Virus record (IMG/VR): IMGVR_UViG_3300045988_061461
Source: a virus
Length of the DNA: 53,833 bases
Reading direction: 5' to 3' (one strand)
The translations under genes were made by a program, and so were the position numbers. The notes below the pieces were generated by a model. The model had not been told where the DNA came from, searched no databases, and saw nothing but the letters and a program-made list of their open reading frames with translations. This document shows positions 33,916 to 43,039 of the stretch, piece by piece. The number at the start of each line of letters is the position of its first letter. Position 1 is the stretch's first letter.

Positions 33916-35158
33916 TATTATCTTTCACCTCTTCTTTATTTTCGTTTACAATGTCCACAGTCTCGGTATCCTTAGGTTTGGACAAATTCTTATTCCGAAG
34001 TTCATCAGCTTCTGGATCAGCAGAAGGTTTGAGACCAATAACCTGACGAATTTCGTTAGATGTCATAATCTCGTTTCTTGTGAATTTGTCGGCCATTTCA
34101 GCCAACTGAGATGTGGGTGTAAGTTTAAACGGATCTACGAAATATCGAATTGCTTGGCCCTGTGTTCTCGCAGTTTTAGTCAGGAATTTTCGTTCCAGCT
34201 CGTCTGTTATTGCAGATATCACAGGTTCTATAGTTCTAGACATATAGTTCAAGCTTACATTTTCTTCGGCAGTTCCATCCAACAAGCTCTGAGTGATACC
34301 TAACTGGCTATATAGCATACTCGTTAAATATTCAATCTGACTCATTAGATTGTTGTTTACCGAACGATTAAGCTGAGTTATACGTTCTGTGCCATCAGTA
34401 TAAGCAATACCGTACTTCGATCCAGCGAGTTGGTCTTCGATTTGAGCTCTCCTCTTTTCAGCCTGTTCTCGCTTTAGATCTGTTTTTATGACATAGGGAA
34501 GCTGAATTATCAAGTCAAGTTTTCCAGCTCCACTCTGTTCATCGATTACATCCAGAAGATTGAGTTTTCTAATCAATCTCTGGAGAGTTGAATTTGGTTC
34601 GTTCATGACAGCATAAAGTGGGTTTTCGATAATTCCGACAACTTTCTTCGGATATATAACGTCTTCCCTTTTACCTGTCCTTTCGTTATAAACTGAGACT
34701 TTAACGTGTTGAGGATACCATTCGATTATCCTTCCGGTTCGAAGATTCCAAATATCATAGGAATTAGTCTTTCTTGGATCAAAACTGGTCTCGATCGGAC
34801 AAACAGCTACAGAACCTTCATCAAACATCGACATTACGACATCCTGTATAAAAGATCTAGCTGTTTGATCGATGTTTGGTTCACAAGTCAAACAATAATT
34901 CAAAGGAGAATCGATGTCTTCTTTGTAACGATCATTTTGATCTAATCGAACATGTTTTATGTCGATTGCTGCTACATCCATACCTATACGATTGAATATA
35001 GCTGTTACAATTGATCGCTCGTTTCCTTTAGTCAAACGAATTCTGTCGGAACGATATGTTGATCCAAATGTGTAACCGCCAAGATCTTTCAGATATTCGT
35101 CTTTACCGGAGAATACATTCCACGCACGCCTAAGTCTTTCGGAAAGACTATCCGCCAT
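33908..35158 (-). CDS. portal protein
   Basis: Position between the TerL region and the protease-capsid gene; 416 aa. Confidence 0.7.
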   Translation of the reverse strand: MADSLSERLRRAWNVFSGKDEYLKDLGGYTFGSTYRSDRIRLTKGNERSIVTAIFNRIGMDVAAIDIKHVRLDQNDRYKEDIDSPLNYCLTCEPNIDQTARSFIQDVVMSMFDEGSVAVCPIETSFDPRKTNSYDIWNLRTGRIIEWYPQHVKVSVYNERTGKREDVIYPKKVVGIIENPLYAVMNEPNSTLQRLIRKLNLLDVIDEQSGAGKLDLIIQLPYVIKTDLKREQAEKRRAQIEDQLAGSKYGIAYTDGTERITQLNRSVNNNLMSQIEYLTSMLYSQLGITQSLLDGTAEENVSLNYMSRTIEPVISAITDELERKFLTKTARTQGQAIRYFVDPFKLTPTSQLAEMADKFTRNEIMTSNEIRQVIGLKPSADPEADELRNKNLSKPKDTETVDIVNENKEEVKDNNG

Positions 35159-35185
35159 GTAAAAGCCTCCTTATCACAATGTCAC

Positions 35186-36115
35186 TTAGTTCCATTCGAC
35201 CTCGTAGAGCCAATCTTTAAGTATTTTTGCATAATCGTCTGTTCCCGGAAGACCTTCAGATTTCGCAACTAATCTAAAGAATTCTGATTTTTCGCTTTCA
35301 GATAGATCATGAAAGCCTTTTCCTTGTGTTCGATTCATAAAATTTTTCCATATACTCTTTCCAAACTGTCCGCTTCTTGGATCATAGCCACCTTCATTTT
35401 GAAAAAAGTAATAATAATGATATACCTTACCCAAGGTATCGACGATTTGTCGTGTCTTTGGGTCGGCGTTATCCCAATATCTATTCTGTCCCTCCTTTTC
35501 AAGACTATAGTAAATTTTGTCTCTCATCGCTTGCGTGTCAGGATCATATTTTCCATGATCTTCCTTTTCGTATTCTTTCATAAATTCATCAACTATTGCT
35601 CGCTGATTTGCTTTACTATAGAAATTGATTAATTCTTTTGCTGTTTTTTTAAAACTGGGAATCGAATCTTTAAAGATCTGAAGTTTTTCTGGATCATATA
35701 TCGAATCATTGTACCATTCTAAAGCTTTGTAATCATTCAACATTTTGCGCGTTTCCAAATCGTCCGGAAGTTGGAGTTTGGAAAGTATTATTTTATCAGC
35801 TTCTTTTGCATACTTGTCGTAGATCTTCATCGATTTTTCGAGTTTTACAATATCGCTACCGCTTCCGTCTATAATTTCATATGCATTGTTTCTTTTCAAT
35901 TCCTCTTTTCTTTTCTTTCGAAGACGATCAAGATCTTTTCCAGCAGCTTTTTTAACGTCAGAATAAAAAGTGCTTCGATCACGTTTGTATTTATCTTGAG
36001 TACCATACCCATAATGTATACGTCCAGCAGGAGTTAAAGACCCGTCTTCATTCTGCCATCGACGTACATGCCACTTTTGACCTCTAACTCCATAATGATA
36101 AAGTTCATTCGTCAT
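35186..36115 (-). CDS. protein with an N-terminal MTNELYHYG..DGSLTPAGR motif (paralogous N-terminus with 37886..38587)
   Basis: The track ORF starts at GTG 36127; the ATG at 36115 gives MTNELYHYGVRGQKWHVRRWQNEDGSLTPAGRIHYG. Confidence 0.6.
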   Translation of the reverse strand: MTNELYHYGVRGQKWHVRRWQNEDGSLTPAGRIHYGYGTQDKYKRDRSTFYSDVKKAAGKDLDRLRKKRKEELKRNNAYEIIDGSGSDIVKLEKSMKIYDKYAKEADKIILSKLQLPDDLETRKMLNDYKALEWYNDSIYDPEKLQIFKDSIPSFKKTAKELINFYSKANQRAIVDEFMKEYEKEDHGKYDPDTQAMRDKIYYSLEKEGQNRYWDNADPKTRQIVDTLGKVYHYYYFFQNEGGYDPRSGQFGKSIWKNFMNRTQGKGFHDLSESEKSEFFRLVAKSEGLPGTDDYAKILKDWLYEVEWN

Positions 36116-36127
36116 GTCATCACCCAC

Positions 36128-37870
36128 TTACTTAAATAATTCTCGATTTAACTTAAATGCTATGAAAGCATCCATCATTGCGGCGACCGCATCAATCTTC
36201 TGTTCATAACGTTTTTTGTAAAGTTTGCGATTTCCGTTCGTATCTTGTAAAGCTATGCAATTTCCCATAGCATAAGTCATTAGCTCTTGATCAAATATCA
36301 ACATTCTTTCTTCAGCTAAATTCTTTAACTCCCCAAGCGGAACTGATTCTGTTTTAGATCCCTGTATTACTTTTTCTATACCATAAGGACCATTTTCGCT
36401 AGACCATTTTTCGATAAATTCTTTGGCGTTATATGGATCGTATCCTACACAACTCACATCATAATTCTGCTGAGTAATAAAATTATCAAGTTCTTCGTAT
36501 ACGTCAAGCATCTCAAGAACAGCGCCTTCCATAACGACAAGACTATCTTCATCAATAAATTCTTGGTATTTCAATCGGCCAGCTGTCGGAAGCTTATTAA
36601 ATGTAAACCGAGTAATATAACAACGAGTCTTAACACCGAAACTTCCATCCGGAAGAGGAAACAGAAATGTGAATGCACAGAAGTCGTCACCTTGAGATAA
36701 GTCGCATCCCATAGAACATGGCATACCATTAAAATTCTGATGATGATGGCGAATGGTTTCTTCATAAGTAAAGAAATACGTAAAACCTTCACATGGAATC
36801 CCAAATCTTTTAGCTAGAATATCATTTCTGCTAGCAGGAGCTTTTTCCGCTCTCTCCACGTCCAACTGATAGGTTTCATAAGTAACAGTTTTTCCTATAT
36901 TAGGATTACATTTCGGCCACATTGCGGGATTAGATACTTCCGAAATATCATCAAGCTTATAGTAAAAAATTGAAACATGAGGATTAATATATTCCCCTTT
37001 CAAAATTTTCATAAGCTCTAGTTTAATAGTATCTCCTGGACCATTTCGAACAGTGCCTTCGGATGATGTAGCTATAATAATGTAGTCGTCAACTTTGCTC
37101 GCACCCTGCTCAATAGCACCAATAACATCCTCACGAATATCACATGAAAGCCATTCATCCAGCGAGGATACTTTAGCACGAAGTCCCTGAAGCTTGTCAA
37201 TACTCATCGGTTTTACTTCAAGGATTGAATTAGTTAAGGAATTCTCGATACCTTTCTTGCTAGAAAATAGTTTTGGTCGAATGGCTTTGTTTCTAGTAGA
37301 TTGAGCAGATCCTTCAGTCAAAAGCTGAAACAAAGGCCCTTTTGCTCTTGTGATTGCGGTTCGAAATGGGGAAAGAACTTCGTCCGCTTGATGCATAGTG
37401 GGTGCTGTTGTTATCTGTTTCGTGGTACTCGCATCCAATATCAATTCGTATGCTTGAACGCACGTATCATATAATGATTTGGCTGCTCCTCGACCAACTA
37501 TAAGAAACTGTTTGTTAATCAATCGTTTCTTTTTTGGTTTTCGCACAAACCGACCTGGAACACCATTTCCTCCGTGAATATAAACTTTTCGATATTCGTA
37601 ATAGTACCATCCAAACAGCTGCTCTCCCCATAATTTAAAGCTATCCAAAAGTTTTAAATCTCCTCCGTCAACTAGAGTTAGTTCTCCTTCACAAAATTCG
37701 ACCCATCCTTCTACAACGGAGGGATCATAGTAAACTCCGGGATTCGCTATAAGATCATCGATTCGACACATCTCCATAGCAATCTCTCGGTTCACTGGTA
37801 TCTCTCCTCTGAGAACCGATTCTCTGAATTCCCCGTAATATTTAGGAACTGCTGTGTTAGAAAGAGCCAT
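36128..37870 (-). CDS. terL: terminase large subunit
   Basis: Walker A-like VGRGAAKS; 580 aa; typical terminase architecture and position. Confidence 0.85.
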   Translation of the reverse strand: MALSNTAVPKYYGEFRESVLRGEIPVNREIAMEMCRIDDLIANPGVYYDPSVVEGWVEFCEGELTLVDGGDLKLLDSFKLWGEQLFGWYYYEYRKVYIHGGNGVPGRFVRKPKKKRLINKQFLIVGRGAAKSLYDTCVQAYELILDASTTKQITTAPTMHQADEVLSPFRTAITRAKGPLFQLLTEGSAQSTRNKAIRPKLFSSKKGIENSLTNSILEVKPMSIDKLQGLRAKVSSLDEWLSCDIREDVIGAIEQGASKVDDYIIIATSSEGTVRNGPGDTIKLELMKILKGEYINPHVSIFYYKLDDISEVSNPAMWPKCNPNIGKTVTYETYQLDVERAEKAPASRNDILAKRFGIPCEGFTYFFTYEETIRHHHQNFNGMPCSMGCDLSQGDDFCAFTFLFPLPDGSFGVKTRCYITRFTFNKLPTAGRLKYQEFIDEDSLVVMEGAVLEMLDVYEELDNFITQQNYDVSCVGYDPYNAKEFIEKWSSENGPYGIEKVIQGSKTESVPLGELKNLAEERMLIFDQELMTYAMGNCIALQDTNGNRKLYKKRYEQKIDAVAAMMDAFIAFKLNRELFK

Positions 37871-37885
37871 GATTACGACACTCCA

Positions 37886-38587
37886 TTATTTCTTCTTTTT
37901 CTTTTTAGCAACAACTGTGGGACCATTTGAAACTTTTGTCTCAGGTTGTTTCTTTTCTTTAGAGCTCATATATTCAGGGATATTCGCTTGAATCCATCGA
38001 TTTTTAGCGATCTCTGTCTTAATACGTTCTTCTTCAGATTGGTTCTTCAAACGATCCATTTTAGAAAATGCTTTTTGCAATTTTTCAGAAACTTTATTAG
38101 CCCCATCAGTAGCAGCTTTCTTTTGTTGTTCAGTCTTGAGACCCAGTTTAGTCTTAGCATAATCCATAGTTTTGTCGACAAGTAGTTCGCCAAGTTTCTG
38201 AGCACCGTAAGTTCCAAGTTTATTGATTAACTCATTTCGACTCTTTTCGAAAAATTTTCTAGTTGCGCTTTTGTCTTCTTGAGATAACTTTGAAATAGCC
38301 TCTTTGTACTGTGTCTCAAGTCGATAACGATTCAAAAAATCGTTAATTTCTTGATCACTCATTTCGCTAACAGGTTTATAAGTTTTTTTCTCTTCTTTTG
38401 AATTTCGAGACGTTGACGTCTTCTTAGAAGTTTTCTTTCTAAAAATTCCCCATCTACTTTTATCTCTAGCTGGTCCTACTCCATACCGTTCTCGACCAGC
38501 AGGAGTTAGAGATCCGTCTAAATTCTGAAAACGTCTGATACCGTGCTTCTGTCCATCTATACCATGATGGTAAAGTTCGTTAGTCAT
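37886..38587 (-). CDS. basic protein with an N-terminal MTNELYHHG..DGSLTPAGR motif
   Basis: AAAGGAGGAAA lies before the ATG at 38587. C-terminal poly-Lys. Confidence 0.6.
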   Translation of the reverse strand: MTNELYHHGIDGQKHGIRRFQNLDGSLTPAGRERYGVGPARDKSRWGIFRKKTSKKTSTSRNSKEEKKTYKPVSEMSDQEINDFLNRYRLETQYKEAISKLSQEDKSATRKFFEKSRNELINKLGTYGAQKLGELLVDKTMDYAKTKLGLKTEQQKKAATDGANKVSEKLQKAFSKMDRLKNQSEEERIKTEIAKNRWIQANIPEYMSSKEKKQPETKVSNGPTVVAKKKKKK

Positions 38588-38660
38588 TTTGAATTTTCCT
38601 CCTTTCCTCTCGGAGTATTTATTCAATGGACTTCGCGCTCTTTTCTAATTATTCTAAAAC

Positions 38661-39098
38661 TCAAATGTTTCCGGTTACTTCACTCCAACCGTAAACACCA
38701 GGTTCCCAAACATTATCATTTACATCGCTGATCCATTTTTTATTATTATGAGTACATTTCGCATTCTTTGGATAGGAGGTTTCCGCAGAAATCGGCTGTA
38801 CCCATTCTGGATACTCATCCAGAGATATCTGTTTCCACAACGCCGGCACAGCGTGTGGTTCCCAACCTGCTTGAGATGTATGAGGAGTGATTAATTCGTA
38901 TAGATTATTATCAGTTGGATCAATTACTCTGACTGGAGTTGAATCTTCCAGTTTGCTATACGTCGTGTTAATTTTCCATTTTGAATAAAGCGCTTTCACT
39001 TGAAGTGCTTGTTCATCTGTTAGAAAATCTCTAGCTTTTTTCCATGCCTTTTGTTTTTCTGAAAGGGCGCCTAGAATATTTTCGATTCTGCTACTCAT
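38661..39098 (-). CDS. protein with a C-terminal CBM5/12-like carbohydrate-binding motif
   Basis: YPKNAKCTHNNKKWISDVNDNVWEPGVYGWSEV resembles the aromatic pattern of CBM5/12. Confidence 0.45.
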   Translation of the reverse strand: MSSRIENILGALSEKQKAWKKARDFLTDEQALQVKALYSKWKINTTYSKLEDSTPVRVIDPTDNNLYELITPHTSQAGWEPHAVPALWKQISLDEYPEWVQPISAETSYPKNAKCTHNNKKWISDVNDNVWEPGVYGWSEVTGNI

Positions 39099-39393
39099 TT
39101 AGCATAGTCTCCAAGCCGGTAAGTATTTGTTCAATATTGTTTTCACAAGTGCTAAGACGTCGTTCTGTTTCGCTATCGTGTTCGATCTCTGGTTCCTTCG
39201 GAATCGGATCATGAACATACTCGCCATTAACATACTTATAATCATGAACATCTCCCTCTGGAAAACTATCTACTATAATGGCGCCTTCTTCCGCGAACTG
39301 TTCGAACGTTACCGACAATATGCGATTATCGGAATCCAATTTCAATGCATATCTCACTCCTACTTTATCCCCCAAATCTGGTACAAGATGCAT
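39091..39393 (-). CDS. hypothetical protein (100 aa)
   Basis: ORF in the gene chain. Confidence 0.5.
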   Translation of the reverse strand: MHLVPDLGDKVGVRYALKLDSDNRILSVTFEQFAEEGAIIVDSFPEGDVHDYKYVNGEYVHDPIPKEPEIEHDSETERRLSTCENNIEQILTGLETMLNE

Positions 39394-39962
39394 TCTGTAT
39401 TATCCTGCTTTGTGTTCATTTTCCCACTGTCGACATTGAAGTCATAGCCGTAAGCATTGTTGATATGTACCTTGCCCCCGGCCACTCGGTGAATAGCCCT
39501 CGTTTGTAATGTGACATGGAGATTATTGCCAATAGTCGTCCATCTCGATTGAGTTAGTACGCCTCCCCGCTCGGTGTTGTCGAGTACAAATCCGCCGTTT
39601 GTACCCACGCATAGAAGGAACGGATAGGTGTCGTCAATTGCTATATCCTGTGCCACGAGTGTTGATGTCGGAGAAGCATTGGTCCACAACAAAACTGGCT
39701 TCTGAAGAAAACTATCTGGATCGATGCCAATATTTTGTTGAGCTTGCTTCTTTTCTGTGTCTGTTAAGTTCTGGACTTCTCCGTATAGGACTGGGGTCAT
39801 TGTTCCAGTAATAATGTTCCCATCTGGTCCGTGAGCTTTAATGCCTTTAAGTAAATTAGAAGGTTGAACTGTATCTCCGGTTAAATCAATTTTAATATCG
39901 CCGTTTAGAACAACTTTATTAATTGGCTTTGTAGATTCTGGAAATCTGAGTGGACCGGCCAT
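39360..39962 (-). CDS. fibre-like structural protein (paralogous N-terminus with 39965..40567)
   Basis: INKVVLNGDIKIDLTGDTVQPSNLLKGIKAHGPDGNIITGT compared with INKVILGTEVKLDLTGDDIKPEHLKKNIKAHDKSGAPIVGT. Confidence 0.55.
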   Translation of the reverse strand: MAGPLRFPESTKPINKVVLNGDIKIDLTGDTVQPSNLLKGIKAHGPDGNIITGTMTPVLYGEVQNLTDTEKKQAQQNIGIDPDSFLQKPVLLWTNASPTSTLVAQDIAIDDTYPFLLCVGTNGGFVLDNTERGGVLTQSRWTTIGNNLHVTLQTRAIHRVAGGKVHINNAYGYDFNVDSGKMNTKQDNTECILYQIWGIK

Positions 39963-39964
39963 TT

Positions 39965-40567
39965 TTAACCTCCGATAGTAAGAGTTTTGCCTCCAAAGTC
40001 ATTGTCCACTTCACTATAGGGAATTGCCGCTACAGTCACTTCTGACAAACAGTTATATCCTTCATCTGGAGAAATTACCTGTGCCTCGAAAGTAGGAGTA
40101 ACATTCTTTGCCTGAGGTTTCATACCTTCAGAACCAGACATGTTACCAGTAACACCAAGAATGGTAATGCCTTCTCGAATATTCTTAGGTATAATCTTAG
40201 CTGCTTCAACAGAATCTACAGCTGCATCACCAGATCCGTCGTGATATCCTCCCTGAATAGTTACGGGAGTATCGAGTTTGCTGATCTTAAGATGCTGTGC
40301 GCCTCTATTAGGCATGCTACCAACTACCTTAGCTCCATTTACATAAGCTGTCTTTGTCGCCAAAATTTCAGCAGCAGTTGCTGTAGCATCAGTAGTATCG
40401 GCGTCATATGTATTCGTACCAACAATAGGCGCACCGCTTTTATCATGAGCCTTAATATTTTTCTTTAGATGTTCTGGTTTAATATCGTCCCCGGTTAAAT
40501 CCAGTTTAACTTCGGTTCCAAGAATAACTTTATTAATATAAGTATTAGGCATAATATTCCTCCCCAA
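39965..40567 (-). CDS. fibre-like structural protein
   Basis: Shared N-terminal module. C-terminal NVTPTFEAQVISPDEGYNCLSEVTVAAIP motif. Confidence 0.55.
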   Translation of the reverse strand: MGRNIMPNTYINKVILGTEVKLDLTGDDIKPEHLKKNIKAHDKSGAPIVGTNTYDADTTDATATAAEILATKTAYVNGAKVVGSMPNRGAQHLKISKLDTPVTIQGGYHDGSGDAAVDSVEAAKIIPKNIREGITILGVTGNMSGSEGMKPQAKNVTPTFEAQVISPDEGYNCLSEVTVAAIPYSEVDNDFGGKTLTIGG

Positions 40568-40829
40568 GAATTAGAGTTGTTCCCCCAGCACTATTGCTAA
40601 CATACGTCTGCGGGTATTGTTTAACATTTACGTCTTCTTTCATACATTTTGATTTTGTTTGAAGACCGATGTCATTGTAAGTGCTTGGTGTTACGACATA
40701 CGGTCCTTCATACGGATCGGAAGCTCCAACATTTATTCGAACGTTTTCTAGCGACATTCGAACTTCTTTTCGACGATGCAAACCGATCGCAATATTACGT
40801 TTCTTACGTACATCGAACACTACTCTCAT
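40545..40829 (-). CDS. small structural protein related to the fibre-like family
   Basis: TAAGGAGA lies before the ATG at 40829. VVTPSTYNDIGLQTKSKCMKEDVNVKQYP motif. Confidence 0.5.
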   Translation of the reverse strand: MRVVFDVRKKRNIAIGLHRRKEVRMSLENVRINVGASDPYEGPYVVTPSTYNDIGLQTKSKCMKEDVNVKQYPQTYVSNSAGGTTLILGEEYYA

Positions 40830-41161
40830 CACAGTATCTCCTTAGACACGCTATCTTCTACGATAGTGCGAGGACCTTTACATCCGACAACTGAATCTTC
40901 CCCCTGAAAAGAAATTCGTGCCTGAATTCTAGTTCCGCCCTCTCTTAACTTGAATGTGTCTTCCTGCGAAAAAGGAATTAGAAAAACCCCGTTTTCTTCA
41001 TCCCATTTCCCAACATCGGGATAAACTTTTCTTGTGTTTCCAAGAATAAACTCGATTTTAGACACTTCGGAATTTGTAATCTTTTTACCGGTTTCTTCAT
41101 CGTAGAACGCAAATTCTATAGGATAACTGTCCCCTTGCATAATGTGAAAACATTTGTCCAT
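40829..41161 (-). CDS. hypothetical structural protein (110 aa)
   Basis: ORF in the late block. Confidence 0.5.
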   Translation of the reverse strand: MDKCFHIMQGDSYPIEFAFYDEETGKKITNSEVSKIEFILGNTRKVYPDVGKWDEENGVFLIPFSQEDTFKLREGGTRIQARISFQGEDSVVGCKGPRTIVEDSVSKEIL

Positions 41162-41170
41162 GAGAACCTC

Positions 41171-41509
41171 CTATTTCTTATCTGCTACTACTTGAATTCT
41201 CCAAGTTAACTCTTTGAGTTCCTCTTGAATCATTGTGACCAAAAATCCATTTGATGGAGGATCAAACTTTAATTGAACATCCTTCTCTACATATGATTTG
41301 ATCAGATTTAGTCGCTTATCATCTCCAGCAAGATCTGCCCACGTTTCAGAAGTTCCCGTGATAGCAAATCCTTCGTCCGGCCCAACTCCAAGCTGCCATA
41401 ATTTGGAAATAGCTGAATTAATGTCGGACACTAGTTCTCGATCATAAGCGTAGTTATCATCCTCAATGTTTCGAAGAGCCTTAATGTCTGATAGAATGCT
41501 ATTTTCCAT
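41171..41509 (-). CDS. gp6-like head-tail connector candidate
   Basis: N-terminal IKALRNIEDDNYAYDRELVSDINSA pattern resembles connector/adaptor proteins (from memory). Confidence 0.35.
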   Translation of the reverse strand: MENSILSDIKALRNIEDDNYAYDRELVSDINSAISKLWQLGVGPDEGFAITGTSETWADLAGDDKRLNLIKSYVEKDVQLKFDPPSNGFLVTMIQEELKELTWRIQVVADKK

Positions 41510-41511
41510 AA

Positions 41512-41727
41512 TTACTCCTCGCTAAGTTTAATATAGTGACCTTGACAAAAGCCCGTGATTCCGCAAGGAAGACAGATTTCAACAAAGAAATCGTCTGTCG
41601 TTCCATACAGGATCTCAATCTCAGAGCCAACAGATATAGTTGCTAAAATATCTGAGTTTTTGTCTCTATCCGAATAAATCGGAACGCCATCAACGGGGCC
41701 TCTTTTTATGTAGCCATGTCTGCTCAT
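41512..41727 (-). CDS. small SH3-like protein (71 aa)
   Basis: G.VDGVPIYSDRDKNSDILATISVGSEIEIL pattern. Confidence 0.35.
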   Translation of the reverse strand: MSRHGYIKRGPVDGVPIYSDRDKNSDILATISVGSEIEILYGTTDDFFVEICLPCGITGFCQGHYIKLSEE

Positions 41728-41728
41728 T

Positions 41729-42160
41729 TTATCTCCTAATATTTTTCCACGGGCATGTATCGCCTGAATATCTAACGATTGGATCTCTAGGAAGCATCTC
41801 TATGTTTCCATAATGTATTGCTCGATGAGTATTCTCCGTAGTCGTTATGGTATTGTTAGGATCCATAAGCACACTAGGATCTTTTAGAAAAGCATCGATA
41901 TCAATTGGATTAAGATGATGAATTCTAAGAATCCTTCCTTCTAGAATAGGATGATCTTCGCAACCTAAATCACATGCATTATCTCGACGTGCTATGTATT
42001 TACGAAAATCAAGCCATTCCTTACTTTTAAGAAACTTTTGATAGACCCAACGATCGACTCCGAAAGAAATGGATCCAACCGCTTGCGACAATTTACAATA
42101 ATTGTATCGCTCATCAAAAGTTTCAAACTGTATTAGTTCTTTATAACTCTTCCGTATCAT
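41729..42160 (-). CDS. HNH endonuclease
   Basis: IHHLNPI ... NTITTTENTHRAIH (H-N-H). Confidence 0.8.
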   Translation of the reverse strand: MIRKSYKELIQFETFDERYNYCKLSQAVGSISFGVDRWVYQKFLKSKEWLDFRKYIARRDNACDLGCEDHPILEGRILRIHHLNPIDIDAFLKDPSVLMDPNNTITTTENTHRAIHYGNIEMLPRDPIVRYSGDTCPWKNIRR

Positions 42161-42455
42161 CGTCCACTGCTCCAGTATATCTACGAATAGCGTCCAAAGC
42201 TTTCATATAGGTTTCGTCAGAGGATCGAGTCGCTCTGATCGATTCTATTTTCGCTTCAATAAGCTCAATCTGTTTCTCCAAAAGTTTTCGTTTCGCTTGT
42301 TCTACTGGCGAACTAATTTGTAGATAATGAGTTATAATCTGAGAAGAGGCGGTTCCGTCTAAAAGTTTCTGCTCTGCCAGAGCAACAGCCGCCTCTGCCA
42401 ATTGGTTTTCTCTACCTTGTGGCGTAGTAGCTGGTCGTCTCTTTTTCGCAGCCAT
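42141..42455 (-). CDS. coiled-coil protein, possible small terminase subunit
   Basis: Basic N-terminus MAAKKRRPATTPQGR. Adjacent to the HNH gene. Not adjacent to TerL. Confidence 0.3.
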   Translation of the reverse strand: MAAKKRRPATTPQGRENQLAEAAVALAEQKLLDGTASSQIITHYLQISSPVEQAKRKLLEKQIELIEAKIESIRATRSSDETYMKALDAIRRYTGAVDDDTEEL

Positions 42456-42479
42456 TAGGAACGCCTCCTCTCTTTAAAT

Positions 42480-42776
42480 TCATTTTGAACTGTTGAGCTT
42501 GTATACTTCGGATTCGATAAGAGCATCAACACTATCGATGTCCATCGTAATCCCTCTCTTCTTAAGAAACTCCAACACATATTCTTTCTTAACTTCACCC
42601 ATTCCGCTCTCATTGTAAATCTGTTCTGCTGCGTTTACAGCAATTCGAACCCATTTACTAATGTCTTTAAACTTTTCTTCTCCAACTTTGCTTTTAACAA
42701 ATGGAATAAGAAAAATTCCAATGATTGCGAAAACCATACTTACGAATGCTATCACAATAGGTGTAATGTCAGTCAT
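42480..42776 (-). CDS. holin, LL-H-like
   Basis: N-terminal TM helix plus KWVRIAVNAAEQ...GEVKKEYV...IESEV pattern; next to the endolysin. Confidence 0.6.
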   Translation of the reverse strand: MTDITPIVIAFVSMVFAIIGIFLIPFVKSKVGEEKFKDISKWVRIAVNAAEQIYNESGMGEVKKEYVLEFLKKRGITMDIDSVDALIESEVYKLNSSK

Positions 42777-43039
42777 TCTGCATCTCCTTCCTGTTCAGTA
42801 GAACACATAGAAATTTTTTCTTTCATACCATACTTTGCAAGATTCTCTGCTCTTGCTTTCCATTCGTAGAATCCTACGACAATTCCCGCAAGACCAGTTA
42901 CAACTCCTGCCAATCCAGCCGCATCAGATCTATCCAAAAGAATCCATGCGACGACAATTGTAACTAAAAGAATCCCACACACAATGAGTGTTCCGAATAG
43001 AACTTTTTTTGTAGTACACAATTTTTTCATTCTATCCAT
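42773..43039 (-). CDS. two-TM holin-like membrane protein
   Basis: Two hydrophobic helices. Overlaps the endolysin stop. Confidence 0.5.
   Translation of the reverse strand: MDRMKKLCTTKKVLFGTLIVCGILLVTIVVAWILLDRSDAAGLAGVVTGLAGIVVGFYEWKARAENLAKYGMKEKISMCSTEQEGDAE

Noticed and set aside
32011-33975. 654-aa plus-strand ORF, the longest plus-strand ORF in the track
   Set aside because: It lies exactly antisense to the protease-capsid gene and has no SD. The sequence is low-complexity and Leu/Ile/Ser-rich with no recognisable motif. It is an antisense shadow ORF in an AT-rich genome.
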